A stretch of 64,000 nucleotides of DNA from an uncultured virus (IMG/VR IMGVR_UViG_3300036790_000345) (Duplodnaviria; Heunggongvirae; Uroviricota; Caudoviricetes): the IMG/VR virus record IMGVR_UViG_3300036790_000345. One strand, given 5' to 3'. Every line of letters begins with the position of its first letter. Positions within the stretch are counted from its first letter, which is position 1. Below, in pieces: positions 19,462-30,102 of the stretch. Made by a program: the position numbers and the translations under genes. The notes below the pieces were generated by a model, which was not told where the DNA came from, searched no databases, and was given only the letters and a program-made list of their open reading frames with translations.

Positions 19462-19535
19462 CGCGAGGTAGCGCAGTTCGGCAGCGCGATGGGCTCATAA
19501 CCCATAGGTCGCCGGTTCAAATCCGGTCCTCGCAA
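19462..19535 (+). tRNA. tRNA-Met(CAT), initiator type; CCA not encoded
   Basis: Cloverleaf: acceptor CGCGAGG/CCTCGCA with C1:A72 mismatch, anticodon stem ATGGG/CCCAT with three G-C pairs, loop CTCATAA, T-arm GGTTCAAATCC; -10 TAAAAT at 19450. Confidence 0.95.
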
Positions 19536-20010
19536 CGACCACGCCCGGTGCTCACCTTCGGGTGACCGGCGTGTGGGCGGCCCGTCCGGGCTCCGCGCCG
19601 TCCCGAGCAAAGTAGCCGCGCAGTCCTGGGCAGGGCGGCCACGCTGGCTAGAGGGTGAGGCCAGCACCAAGGATTCCCGCTAAGGGGGGACGCTCAGGGC
19701 AGGGATGTGCTGGTGCCCGTGAGTCTGACCAGCCAGGCGGCCGGAGCCACTGACCGGCGCCCTGTCTCCCCGCTCACACAGAGGTAGATAGGCAGTTCCC
19801 GGCCAGGGGCTCACGGCCCCGGCCGGTTTACTTTGTTTACCCGAGCCCGGCACCGGGAGACGGGTACCCGGGCGGCGTGGCCCCGGCCGCCGGCCACGGG
19901 GCACCCTCACTGCCTGGCGGGTACGCTGGCTCGCGGGTCCCCGCGCCGGCTCCATTGCGGATAGCGCCTTGCTGACACTCGGTGCCCCCCGGCGCGGGGA
20001 CTCTTTCGTG
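19536..20010 (+). ncRNA. Candidate structured non-coding RNA downstream of the tRNA
   Basis: No convincing ORF; C(TTCG)G hairpin and several long-range complementary segments (see findings). Confidence 0.45.
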
Positions 20011-20020
20011 CGCGAAACTC

Positions 20021-20049
20021 TTGACTGTGAGCGGTATTCCGTGCATTAT
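20021..20049 (+). promoter_or_regulatory. Putative sigma70-type promoter
   Basis: TTGACT-N17-CATTAT upstream of the ORF at 20092. Confidence 0.55.
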
Positions 20050-20091
20050 GGAGGTGTCAGCAAGGAACGCCCTCGCCGCAAGGAGCACCCG

Positions 20092-20322
20092 ATGACCTGG
20101 AGCACCGACCACAGCTACGCTGCCGCGAAGGGCTTTCGCGGCAGCCGCATCGAGCTGGCCGGCAGCACCTACGCCGCCCGCGACTGGATCAAGAGCCAGG
20201 GCGGCAAATGGGACAAGATCACGCAGACCTGGACCATCCCGGCCCCTGGCAGCAACCAGGCGATGTCCCAGTTGCTGTACGCGATCACGAGTCGCGGCCT
20301 GCAGTGGCGGCCGGCCCGCTGA
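20092..20322 (+). CDS. Small hypothetical protein (TYAARDWIKSQGGKWD motif)
   Basis: AAGGAG RBS; upstream promoter. Confidence 0.65.
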   Translation: MTWSTDHSYAAAKGFRGSRIELAGSTYAARDWIKSQGGKWDKITQTWTIPAPGSNQAMSQLLYAITSRGLQWRPAR

Positions 20323-20870
20323 TGGCCCGCACCACTGACAGCCGCCGGGTCGACGAGGCCCGGCGGCTGTACCACGCCGAGGACCAGCCCACCATCGGCC
20401 AGGTGGCAGGCAGGCTCGGCGTGCACGAAAGCACCGTCCGCCGCTGGCTCCGCGACGACACCCGGCCGCCCGGCCCCAAACCCGCCCGCGACCCGTGGCG
20501 CCCAGCCATCCCCCAGGATCACGGCGGCCAGTCTTTCCGGCTCGCCGACCTGCCCAAATGGCTGCTGGTCATGACCGAGCCCGACTGGAGTACCGGGTGC
20601 ATGATCTGGCGCGGCCGGACTGACGACAGCGGGTACGGCCGCGTCGCTGGCAAGCTGCTGCACCGTGAGGTGTGGCAGCGGCTGGCCGGGCCTATCGGCG
20701 AGGGGATGACCCTGGACCACGTGCGCGACAGCGGCTGCCGTTCGCCCGCGTGCTGGGCACCCTGGCACCTCGAAGAGGTCACCGAGGAGGAGAACCAGCG
20801 CCGTACCGGGATCGCGCGGAAGCGGCCGGGACGCGCGCTCACCGGCCGCTCCCGGCCAGATCGCGCGTAG
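20322..20870 (+). CDS. HTH plus HNH endonuclease fusion
   Basis: TIGQVAGRLGVHESTVRRWL, then CMIWRG..GYG..LHREVW..LDH..C...C...HLEEVT..EN. Confidence 0.75.
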   Translation: MARTTDSRRVDEARRLYHAEDQPTIGQVAGRLGVHESTVRRWLRDDTRPPGPKPARDPWRPAIPQDHGGQSFRLADLPKWLLVMTEPDWSTGCMIWRGRTDDSGYGRVAGKLLHREVWQRLAGPIGEGMTLDHVRDSGCRSPACWAPWHLEEVTEEENQRRTGIARKRPGRALTGRSRPDRA

Positions 20871-20879
20871 CGCCGTTCC

Positions 20880-21122
20880 CTACTGCCGCCGGGCGACGTG
20901 CGTCCCGCGGCCCGGGGTCGTGGCAACCAGACCTTCCGCGGCGAGGAGCCGGTAGGCCCTGCGAGTGGTGGTCTGGGCGGCGCCTGTCAGCTGCTGGATG
21001 TCGCGCTCTGTCGGCAGGCGCTGGCCGGGCCGCAGCTCGCCCGACAGGATCCGTTCCCGCAGCCACGCCGCGATCTGCCGGTAGGGCGGCTCGGCGGCCT
21101 GGTAATCGATCTCGAAGGTCAT
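20880..21122 (-). CDS. Short GntR-family winged-HTH regulator
   Basis: PPYRQIAAWLRERILSGEL.PGQRLPTER..TTRRAY..L..EGLV..PGRGT. Confidence 0.85.
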   Translation of the reverse strand: MTFEIDYQAAEPPYRQIAAWLRERILSGELRPGQRLPTERDIQQLTGAAQTTTRRAYRLLAAEGLVATTPGRGTHVARRQ

Positions 21123-22072
21123 CGGCCGAAGCATGCCCGGAGCGCACGCACCGCATTCAGCCTGCTACTGAGTGATCACAATTAGCCGTGATCACTCGCG
21201 GGTACTCGCGGGATTGCATCTGTGGCGCTATCGTCGGGAAAGCGAGGAGCCCGGCGACGTTGCAGCGCCCCGGGCTCATGCCGAGCCCCAGGGGGGTAAG
21301 ACCCGGCATGCCCGAGGATACGCGCATATCCGCGCTTGACCCGCCGCCCGCCGAGCTGGCAGGCCTGAAGCGCAGGCATCCCGGCTGGCGTATCGACTTC
21401 AGGTTGTTCGCCGACGGCCCGCGCTATGACGCAACCTCGCGGGACGAGGGGCGCCCGCGCCTGGTCACCAGGACCGCGGCCGGGATGGACGAGCAGATAG
21501 CGGCCGCCGAGGCGGGCACGTGGAGGCCATGAACAAGCCGTACGGCCTGAACATCGCCCGGTTCATCTCCGAGCACCCGGGCCATTGCGTCGCCATCGGG
21601 GCCAGTGGCTTCGGCTACCGGGCACGCCCGGCCGAGGGCAAAGGACCCTGGGTGTCGGCGCTGACCCTGGACGAGCTGGACGCGAAGCTGCGCCAGGAAG
21701 AGGTGCCCTGAGCTTCCCGGCGGGGCGGCCGTTCCCCCCTGTCGTCCCGCCGGGATCCCGCATGACGGAAAAATCCCGGCACTTACCGGATACCCGGCGC
21801 GGGCGTAATATTCTCACCGACCGGGGGATGAGCGCCGCGGCGGCGTGCAGGAACGGCCCTGCCCGCAGCCTTGGGAGGGCAAGGGCGGGGCATACCCGGC
21901 GCCGCTGCGGTTTTTCCCCGCATATTGCAGGACGGGTCGTGCATCGCAGCAAATGCGCGCCGCTGGCACGTAAACCGGAGGCGAACCGGGCGCGTCTACC
22001 AATCGCCCTCCCAAGGCGCACAGGTACGCTTGAGACTCAGGCGTAGCATTCCCTGAGGGGGGCGGGCCCGGT

Positions 22073-22549
22073 ATGGGCGGACGCGTTTTGCGGGCGGCAA
22101 GCCTGCCGCTGGCGGCACTGGGCCTGATCGGCCTGGGACTGCGGATCTCGCTCGCGGTCCGGCCGGACGCCAGTCACGACGGCCGGACGGCGGCCATGGC
22201 CGCGGCCATGGCGTCAACCGCAGCGCTGGCGGCGGCGTGGTTCATCGAGCGGGTGCAGGCGTGGCGGGGAGAGCAGGCTAAGCGGGCAACGCTGATGGCG
22301 CACGCGGATCCGCTGGCGGCCAGGGTAGACGGGCTGGCCGCGAAGATGGCCGAGACATCGGCTCGCGTGGACGCCGTGGAGAGCAAAACGGACATGCGCG
22401 TTAGCGAGGTAGAGAGGCGCATCAGCGCGCTCAGCACGGGGCTGACGGCCGCCTTCACCGCCGCAGCCCGCCCGGCACCAGCCGAGATCGAGATGGAAAC
22501 GCCGACAGCACCGATGATGCGGCTCGTTCGCCGTAACGCCTCAGCTTAG
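22073..22549 (+). CDS. Membrane-anchored coiled-coil hypothetical protein
   Basis: Two hydrophobic segments followed by a heptad-rich region. Confidence 0.5.
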   Translation: MGGRVLRAASLPLAALGLIGLGLRISLAVRPDASHDGRTAAMAAAMASTAALAAAWFIERVQAWRGEQAKRATLMAHADPLAARVDGLAAKMAETSARVDAVESKTDMRVSEVERRISALSTGLTAAFTAAARPAPAEIEMETPTAPMMRLVRRNASA

Positions 22550-22947
22550 GCTCCGTTGCCCTTCTTACGGTCTTCTTCAGCCTGAGCGCGCATCCCCCGG
22601 GCGAGTGCTTCGAGCGCACGCTTTTCGTCATCAGTCAAATCCGGCAGCTTCCGTATGGCCTCAATCGTCGCGTCCGGCGGCCTGCCCGGCCGGCCACTGG
22701 CGTTGCCGTTGACCAGGAGTGGTTCACGTCCGCTGCCGATGCGCTCCAGGCCGCCGGGCATCCATCCGAGTGCCAGGTCGATCGCCGTGCGGTTGCGCGT
22801 CCACGGCCAGCGCTCGGCACGCTCCAGGCTTGAGATTGTGCCGGTGTCAATTCTTGCCTTGCTGGCGAGTTGCGCCTGAGTCAGGCCGAGTTCACCTCGG
22901 CGCGTCCTGACGTACTCGGCCACGCGGTCCTGATCCGGCGCTGCCAT
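22546..22947 (-). CDS. XRE-family HTH repressor (cI-like)
   Basis: VRTRRGELGLTQAQLASKARIDTGTISSLER; divergent from the Cro-like gene. Confidence 0.8.
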   Translation of the reverse strand: MAAPDQDRVAEYVRTRRGELGLTQAQLASKARIDTGTISSLERAERWPWTRNRTAIDLALGWMPGGLERIGSGREPLLVNGNASGRPGRPPDATIEAIRKLPDLTDDEKRALEALARGMRAQAEEDRKKGNGA

Positions 22948-23001
22948 GGCAACCATCATGCACGAAAGTTCCTTGATCTCCACGCTGCCGCACCATGATC
23001 T

Positions 23002-23079
23002 GCAACTTTTACGAACAAGTCTGAGGCGATCATCACTGAAGTTCCTAGGAACTTCCTTGCCGAAGTTCGGAAAAGTTGC
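23002..23079. promoter_or_regulatory. Operator region of the lysis/lysogeny switch
   Basis: Perfect 18-bp palindrome GAAGTTCCTAGGAACTTC (23038-23055) flanked by inverted GCAACTTTTACGAAC / GTTCGGAAAAGTTGC. Confidence 0.65.
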
Positions 23080-23093
23080 TAGCGTCTCTGCCC

Positions 23094-23360
23094 ATGAGCA
23101 ACTGGGGCAGCGCAGGGCCTGAAGATGCCCGTCGCGGCGCGACCATCCGGGCGCTCCGCGAGGCGTACGGCATGCCAGCCGAGAAGCTCGCGGAGGCAGT
23201 CGGCATCAACCGCCGGTACCTCGAATACATCGAAGCCGGGCACCGGCGTGCGAACGTCGTCCTCTGCCGGAAGATCGCGGACGTCCTCGGCGTGCCGCTC
23301 GCGGCCATCACCGTTGAGGGCTGCGAGGAACTTGGTCGCGGCGACGGAGCGGTCGCATGA
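23094..23360 (+). CDS. XRE-family HTH (Cro-like)
   Basis: IRALREAYGMPAEKLAEAVGINRRYLEYIEAG; first gene of the rightward early region. Confidence 0.8.
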   Translation: MSNWGSAGPEDARRGATIRALREAYGMPAEKLAEAVGINRRYLEYIEAGHRRANVVLCRKIADVLGVPLAAITVEGCEELGRGDGAVA

Positions 23361-26300
23361 CCCCCCGCGAGCACCCCGCCCCCGGCAGCCTGCCGACCCG
23401 GGCCGAGTGCATCGCCAGGGCCGCCGCCATCTTCGCCGCCGCCAGGCAGGAACGCGACGAGCTGTTCGCCCGCGCCGGGGGAGGCCGCGAGGGAGCGCTC
23501 GCCGTCGGCCGGGCCGCATGGCCGCGAGACCCGCGGCGGGCAGCCGCAGTCGCGGAGAAATACCTCGGCTGGGTCGAGGAAGACCGTGCCAAGAGGGAAG
23601 CGGCCCGCGGGAGCGCGGCATGACCCCCCGCGAGCACCCCGGGCCCGCCGCGATGAGCCTGCCGGTCATGGGCCCGGCCGCGGCGGCACGAGTCGCCCGG
23701 CACCTCGCCACCGCGCACGAGGAACTCGCCCGGCGGGAAGCCGGACAGGAGACCAAGACGGCCTGACCGAAGTAAACGGGCGCCTCGCTACCACGAGACG
23801 CCCGGAGGACAAGCAAGACCCATCGTACAGGAACGAGGACAAGCATCATGAAAGCCAGTTCCCCCGCAGTCTCGCCCCCGTCGCTGAGCGCCGAGCTGCG
23901 CGCCGTCGAGGGCCAGCACCCCGGCTGGCACTGCTGGCGCGCGGACACCGGATGCTGCCACGCCACGTCATGCCGCTGCGGCTACGCCGGGGGGTCGGGC
24001 ACGACGCTGACCGCCCCGACGCCGCAGATGCTGGACCACGCCATCGCCGAGCAGCTGCACCAGTGGCAGGTTGCGGGCGTGGCGGCATGAGCGCCGAGGA
24101 CAGGGTGGCCTGGATCCAGGGCATGCGCCAGCTGCTCGACGTCCTGGAACGCGACGAGAGCATCCCGCTGCCCGGCGCGGGAGAGCGCGAGCCGGCGGTG
24201 ATCTACGTGCACGGCCACCGCCTCGCGATGACCGGCGAGCGCCTCGCCGACATGGTGCGGGCACTGGGCGGCGAAGGCTGGACGCAGCGCACGAAGCGCG
24301 GAGCCTCCGGCAACATTACGTGGCTGGAGATCACCGGCCGCATCAAGGGCCTGAAGGTCGAGATCAACGCAGACGCGGACCAGGTGTGCGAGCCGGTCGA
24401 GCCGCGCCCGGTCATCGAGCGCAAGTGTCCCGAGCTGGATGCCGTGATCGCCGGGGAGCGGTGCGCGAAGTGCCACGCCGAGCCCCGCGCTCCCGGCGGC
24501 CCGTACGGCGCGAAGTGCCTGGACATGTGCCACGAGGCGACGGAGTTCGATCACGTCTGCATGATCTGCGCCACCCCGGAAGAGGCGAAGGCACTCGGCT
24601 TCCCCGTCGTTCCTGCCGCCCAGATCGAGGCTGAGGTTGCCGAGGACGTGCGCCGGATCGGCGGTGCGAAGTGACCGCCCCGGGCCGGGCGGCAACCATC
24701 GACGCCCTGCAGCAGCTCGTGGACGTCCTGCGCGCTGATCCCACCATCCCGCTGCCGGTGATCGGCCGCCAGTACTGCCCGCTGACCTTCTACGCCTGCG
24801 AGAGCGCCGAGCCGGCGGGAGCGCGGGCCATCGCCGAGTCTCTCGGCGTGACCGGTGCCGAGGTCAGGAACCTCACCGAGGAACACGACGAGTGGCCCTA
24901 TGTGCAGGTGACCGGGATGCTCGGCGCCTTGCACGTGCGCATCGCCGCCGAGGACGCGCCGGTGCTGTCGGTGCCGCTTCCCGGCGGCAGGATCGTCCGG
25001 CTTGAGCCGGTGGGGGAGGCGGCACTGTGAGCACGCCACTGGAGATGAACCCGGAGATCCGCGCCCGTTGGACTGCCGCACTCCGATCCGGCGATTACCC
25101 GCAGGGGCTTGAGGCACTACGGCAGGTCCGCGACGGTGGCGAGTACGAGTACTGCTGCCTCGGCGTGCTGTGCGAACTCGCCCGCGCCGAGGGCGTCGAG
25201 ATCGCGCTCGAATACGACGAGGACGAGGGCGTCTGGTCGTACGACGGCGAGTCCGCCTACCTGCCGCCGGCCGTGGCCGAGTGGGCCGGGCTACCGGTCA
25301 GCGAGCAGATCGATACCGATACCGGGCGCCGCTGGTGCCTGCCCAGCGTCAACGTGCCCGGCGGGGGCAAGGACACGCTGGTCGTGCTCAACGACCACGA
25401 CCGCTGGAACTTCGCCCAGATCGCTGACGCCATCGACGGCGGTGCGTCGTGAACGCCCGCCTCACCGATCCCCGCGAGGCCAGGACCCCGCGCCGCGCAT
25501 GGCGGCGCGGCCAGTTCCCTCCCGCCGACGCGCCCGCTGCGCCGCGCTTCCTGCAGCCGGCCGTGCCCGGCGCCTGGGACGGCGCCGAGGACGAGCGCCT
25601 GGTCCGGCTGGACGACCTGCCCGAGGACGTGCGCGCCTGCCGGCCGGAGGTGAGCCGGTGACGACCCCGATGGTGCGCCTCCGCAACGGCGAGGACGTGG
25701 CCCGGTCCCTTGTCACGCCGGTCATGGTGAGCCTGCAGGTGCTGATGCAGACCGACCCGGTCGCGCTGCTGGAACTGGCCGGCGCCTGCCGCGACAGCAC
25801 GCACGTCCTGTTCGGCGGCTGCGCGGACCGCCTCCGCGGCCTCGCGCTGATCCAGGCCGTCGCCCCGGACGGCACGGCGGTCATCCACGACGTGACCCGG
25901 GCCGTGGTGCTGTCCGCCACCGAAGGCGACTGGGACAGCCTGCACCTGGTGTCCCCTGTCGCTGACGGGGGCGAGCAGGAATGAAGCTCACCCGTCGGTA
26001 TCACCCGGCCCCCCCGTACGCCTACTGCCGCCGCTGCCCGTGGACCGACCCGGACGGCAGGGACCGGCCGCGCACCAGGGGACCGTTCGGCGTCACCGTC
26101 GAGCAGGCCGCCCGCGGCCACGTGACCGTCACCGGGCACGAGGTGCGGCTGGTCCGCGTCCAGGAGGTCATCCTGCGGCCCGGCCAGGAGGTGGCCTGCG
26201 ATGCCTGAACTGCGCCGCCCCCGGTCATTCGCCGGGTCCATGGCCGACTACCGCCCTCCCGTCGCGGGTGACGGAGACAAGCGCGGCGGCCACCACAAGG

Positions 26301-27837
26301 GCGACGGCCGCCAGCCCGAGCGTGGCCCGGTCCTGCGGGCCCGCCGCAACGGCCTGCCCGTCACCCGGGCCTACGAGTACGGGAAGGCGTCCTACCCGTG
26401 GGCGGTGCGGGCACCGGAAGCCGCCGAGGCCGAGCACGGGACGCCGCCAGCGACGCGCGGGCCGAGGCCGCGCAAGGACAGAGGTGCCCGGTGACCGCCC
26501 CCGCCGTCAGCGACGTGCTGGAGCTGGTCGACGCCCGGCCCTGCCCGCGCAACGTGCGGTGGAACCGGGAACGGCTGCTCGCCCATATCGAGGACTACTT
26601 CTTCATCGGCGGCGACCAGCTGTCCCTCGCCCAGGTGGCGGAGCGGCTGGGGGTGCGGCCCCGCTCGGTCAGCCGCTGGCGCGCACTGCTGCGGGACGTG
26701 ACCGGGGGTGAGCGATGAGCCGGCCACTGAAGACAACCGAACCCGCCTACTGGATGCTCCTGGACGACTTCACGACCACGCCAGTCGTCCACCGTGACGG
26801 CTGCTACATCTGCGAAGACGCCGAGTTCGCCCAGATGGGCCTGCCGCTCTGCCGCCTGTGCCCGAAGTGCGTCGGCCTGGAAACCGGGACCGGTCACATT
26901 CCTGCCGACGACTCGGTGTGCGACGACTGCGGTTACGACGACCAGCCGGAAGAGGCGGCCCGGTGACCGGCCCGGCGGGCTGGCCCCGCCTGCGCCCCGG
27001 CCCGCGCGGCCGCCACCGGACTACACCCCCCGTCATCGAGGAGACCTCTGTGCCATCCCTTGCCGCTTCCCTGCCCGGCCCCATGCCGCGCTCGCTGGTG
27101 CAGCCCGCCATTGCCGTAGCCATCGAGGCTGACGCCGAGCCCGGCAAGGTCGTCGAGTGCGGCTTCTGTCATGTCTCCGGCCTGTCCTCCCAGATCCCCG
27201 CGATAGCCGGCCTGCGCAGGTGCACCGAGATCGACGAGTGCGTGCAGCGGGAGATCAAATATGCCACCAGCGGGGGACAGCCGAGACCGCTGATCAACTT
27301 CTCAGCGACACCGGAGCCGCTGCCCAAGCGCGAGCCCGCACCCGCTGGTTCCACTGCTGAGCCTTTGCCTGAACCCGAAGAGGAGCCGCTGCCGGAACTG
27401 CCCCCCGTCCAGGAGGCCGCCTTGGTCGCCTTCAACCGCGACCACGACGAGCAGGACGCGGCCGAGAAGGCAGCCGGGGAACCGGAAGCAGCCGGGCCCG
27501 CAGAACCCGGCACCGAGGACGAGGAGCCCGCGCAGGACAGCGCGCCCGTTCCCGTCGCCGAGCCTGAGCCCGCTTCTCCTGTCGCTGAGGATTCAGCCCC
27601 GGCCGAGGACACGGAAGGCGCCGGGTGATGGCCGCCACGATCGCCGAGCTCACCGATGACGCCACGGAACTGACCGCATGGGCCGCGGACCTGAACGACG
27701 GCACCCGCACGTGGGAGCAGTGGGACCCGGAGATGACCTGCGCGGACCGGCAGGACATGGCCTACGAGGAAGCCGCCCTGGCCGCGCGTGAGGCGTGGGA
27801 AGCGCTGAAAGCGGCTGAAAGGGGGACACGAGCATGA
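23357..27837 (+). other. Run of small overlapping hypothetical phage early genes
   Basis: Chain of ATGA/GTGA-overlapping ORFs (e.g. 23357, 23848, 24671, 25027, 25449, 25981, 26201, 26715, 27625). Confidence 0.6.
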
Positions 27838-28760
27838 CCGAGAACAAGCCACCGCAGATCTACGCGGCAATGGCAGCCGTGATGGCCGATATCGGGACCG
27901 TCGGCAAGAGTGGCGTCAACAAGGAGCAGCACTACAAGTTCCGCTCCATCGAAGACGTGATGTCGGCCGTTCGTGCTGGCCTCATCAAGCACGGCGTCTT
28001 CTACCTGCCCACCGTCGTAACCCGTGTCACCGAGACCCGGCAGACCGGCGGCGGCAAGCCGATGAACGTCATCCACCTTGAGATCCGCTACGACTTCTAC
28101 GCCACTGACGGCTCATCGGTGTCTTCTGTCGTGTGGGGCGAAGGTGCGGACATGGCCGACAAGGCCACCAACAAGGCCATGTCACAGGCGCTGAAGTACA
28201 ACCTCGTGCAGGCATTCTCCATTGCCGCCGAGGATATGCAGGACGCGGACAGAAGCGCCGAGGAAGCCGGCCCCGGCACCAGTTACAGGTCGGCGGGCGA
28301 GTCGTTCGAGAACGCCAGGCCCGCGCCGCCGCGGCCCCAGGCAAACGGGAGCACCGTACGGCCCGCGCAGGCAGCACGCCCCCCCGCTGCCGCTGACGGC
28401 GAGATCGACGAGGACGCCCAGGCCATCGCCGACGAGGCCAGCCAGGCGCGCACCACCGACACGCTCAGGGAGCTGAACACCCGGGCCCGCGAGGAGCACA
28501 AGCTCGCCTGCCTCATCCGCAACCCGACGACGGGGGGAACGGGCGGCCTCGGCCAGTACATCGCGTGGCGCAAGAGCGTCCTGGACAAGGCCGACCGGGC
28601 GCTTGACACGCTGATGAAGGCCGCTGAGACCGCGGGCATCGACACAACCGAGGCGGAACATCGGCTGATCGCGGCCAGCGGCCGCAACCTCGAGGAAGCC
28701 ACCGCCGAGGACATGCAGAAGGCGGCCAAGCTCATCCTCGAAGGGGCGGCTGCAGCGTGA
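27834..28760 (+). CDS. ERF-family single-strand annealing protein
   Basis: IYAAMAAVMADIGTVGKSGVNKEQHYKFRSIEDV..GEGADMADKATNKAMSQALKY. Confidence 0.85.
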   Translation: MTENKPPQIYAAMAAVMADIGTVGKSGVNKEQHYKFRSIEDVMSAVRAGLIKHGVFYLPTVVTRVTETRQTGGGKPMNVIHLEIRYDFYATDGSSVSSVVWGEGADMADKATNKAMSQALKYNLVQAFSIAAEDMQDADRSAEEAGPGTSYRSAGESFENARPAPPRPQANGSTVRPAQAARPPAAADGEIDEDAQAIADEASQARTTDTLRELNTRAREEHKLACLIRNPTTGGTGGLGQYIAWRKSVLDKADRALDTLMKAAETAGIDTTEAEHRLIAASGRNLEEATAEDMQKAAKLILEGAAAA

Positions 28761-29713
28761 CCTTCCTGGACGACCTGATCAAGCAGGCCCGCGACTACGA
28801 CGCCGCACGGCCCCGTTCCGTGCAGTCCGCTGTCGGGTGGAGCGAGGCGGGCGGCTGCCGCGCCTACCTCGGCTACCGGCTGCAGGACACGTGGGCGAGC
28901 GATGACACCGACACCTGGGCGGCGCAGCGCGGCACGGCGATTCACGAGTACCTGCAGGGTATTCTCGCCGGCCCCGGGGTGCGCTGCGAGGTGGACACGA
29001 TCTACCGCGGCATTCCCGGTCACGCCGACCTGGTTGACGCCACGTCGTGCACCGACCTGAAGACAACCCGGCTGAGCAGTTCCCGGATGTGGGCCGCGAA
29101 CGAGGACGTGCTGCTGCAGAAGCGCGTCCAGGTTCACGGCTACGGCGCCGGGCTCGTCGATGCGGGGGAACTGCCCGAGGACGCCACGATGCGCCTGATG
29201 GTGATCCCGGTTGACGGCACGTTCGCCGACTGGTGGTGCTACGAGGAGCCGTTTGACCGGAGCCTCGCCGACCAGGGGGCTGATCGCGTCGAGTCGGTCC
29301 GGGACATGCTCGCAGACGGCGTCGCGCCGCCGAAGGACATGCCTTACGCCTGGTGCCTGTCGTACTGCCAGTTCGCGTCGATCTGCCGCACGCACGACGA
29401 CCATGACGACGAGGTCATCACCGACCCCGAGCTCGTGGCCTCGATCGCCCGCTACGGCGAGACCGCGAAGCAGATCACGGCGCTCTACAAGGAGAAGGAC
29501 GGTCTCGCTGAGGTCATCCGGGGCCTGCGCGGCACAGCCGGCGACTGGCGCATCTCACTGAGCAAGGCAGGCGAGCCGAAGCCGGTCTTGGACGAGGAGG
29601 CGATCCGCGCCGACTACGAGCGCCGCGGGTTCGCCCCGCCGATGACCACCAAGCCCGGTGCTGCGCCCCGGCTGAACGTGACCCGGATCAAGAAGAAGGC
29701 GGCAGCAAAGTGA
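28757..29713 (+). CDS. PD-(D/E)XK RecB/Cas4-like phage exonuclease
   Basis: SEAGGCR..RGTAIH..GHADL..DLKT..QVHGY..C.YCQF..IC; coupled to the ERF gene. Confidence 0.8.
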   Translation: MTFLDDLIKQARDYDAARPRSVQSAVGWSEAGGCRAYLGYRLQDTWASDDTDTWAAQRGTAIHEYLQGILAGPGVRCEVDTIYRGIPGHADLVDATSCTDLKTTRLSSSRMWAANEDVLLQKRVQVHGYGAGLVDAGELPEDATMRLMVIPVDGTFADWWCYEEPFDRSLADQGADRVESVRDMLADGVAPPKDMPYAWCLSYCQFASICRTHDDHDDEVITDPELVASIARYGETAKQITALYKEKDGLAEVIRGLRGTAGDWRISLSKAGEPKPVLDEEAIRADYERRGFAPPMTTKPGAAPRLNVTRIKKKAAAK

Positions 29714-30102
29714 CCGAGCCCCAGGATGCGCTCACCCCGGTGCAGATCGAGTCCAAGCTGCGCCAGCTCGTCAATGACCTCGGCCGCGCCCGGACCTCGC
29801 TACGCCAGGCACGGGACATTGAACTACGGAAGAAGACCGACTGGGAGCGGGCGCGGCGCCGGCTGCTGCTGTCAGACAACTGCCCGCCGATGACTGGTCC
29901 CGGCAGCGTCTCGGCGGCCGAGAGAGACGCATGGGTCGACGACCAGATCGATGACCTGGCGCTGGCCTACCAGGTAGCGAAGGTCGCCCGCGAGAGCGCC
30001 CAGGAGCACATGCGGACGCTCAAGGAACAGGCAGAGCTGGTCCGCTCTCTCGGCGCGTCTGTCCGGCAGGCGTACGAGCTTTCAGGGCGCGGTGAGACGT
30101 GA
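29710..30102 (+). CDS. Conserved phage coiled-coil hypothetical protein
   Basis: LTPVQIE..SLGASVRQAY; overlapping start/stop. Confidence 0.6.
   Translation: MTEPQDALTPVQIESKLRQLVNDLGRARTSLRQARDIELRKKTDWERARRRLLLSDNCPPMTGPGSVSAAERDAWVDDQIDDLALAYQVAKVARESAQEHMRTLKEQAELVRSLGASVRQAYELSGRGET

Noticed and set aside
19462..19535. tRNA as the prophage attachment site
   Set aside because: Element genes lie on both sides, no integrase is adjacent and no duplicated 3' end was seen in the window
23038..23055. Palindrome matches the outer ends of the yeast FRT site (GAAGTTCCTA...TAGGAACTTC)
   Set aside because: No 8-bp spacer, full 13-bp arms or vector sequence; position between divergent repressors fits a native operator
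28757..29713. Cas4-like nuclease as a CRISPR adaptation gene
   Set aside because: About 28 kb from the cas12m module and coupled to ERF, the usual phage recombination pair
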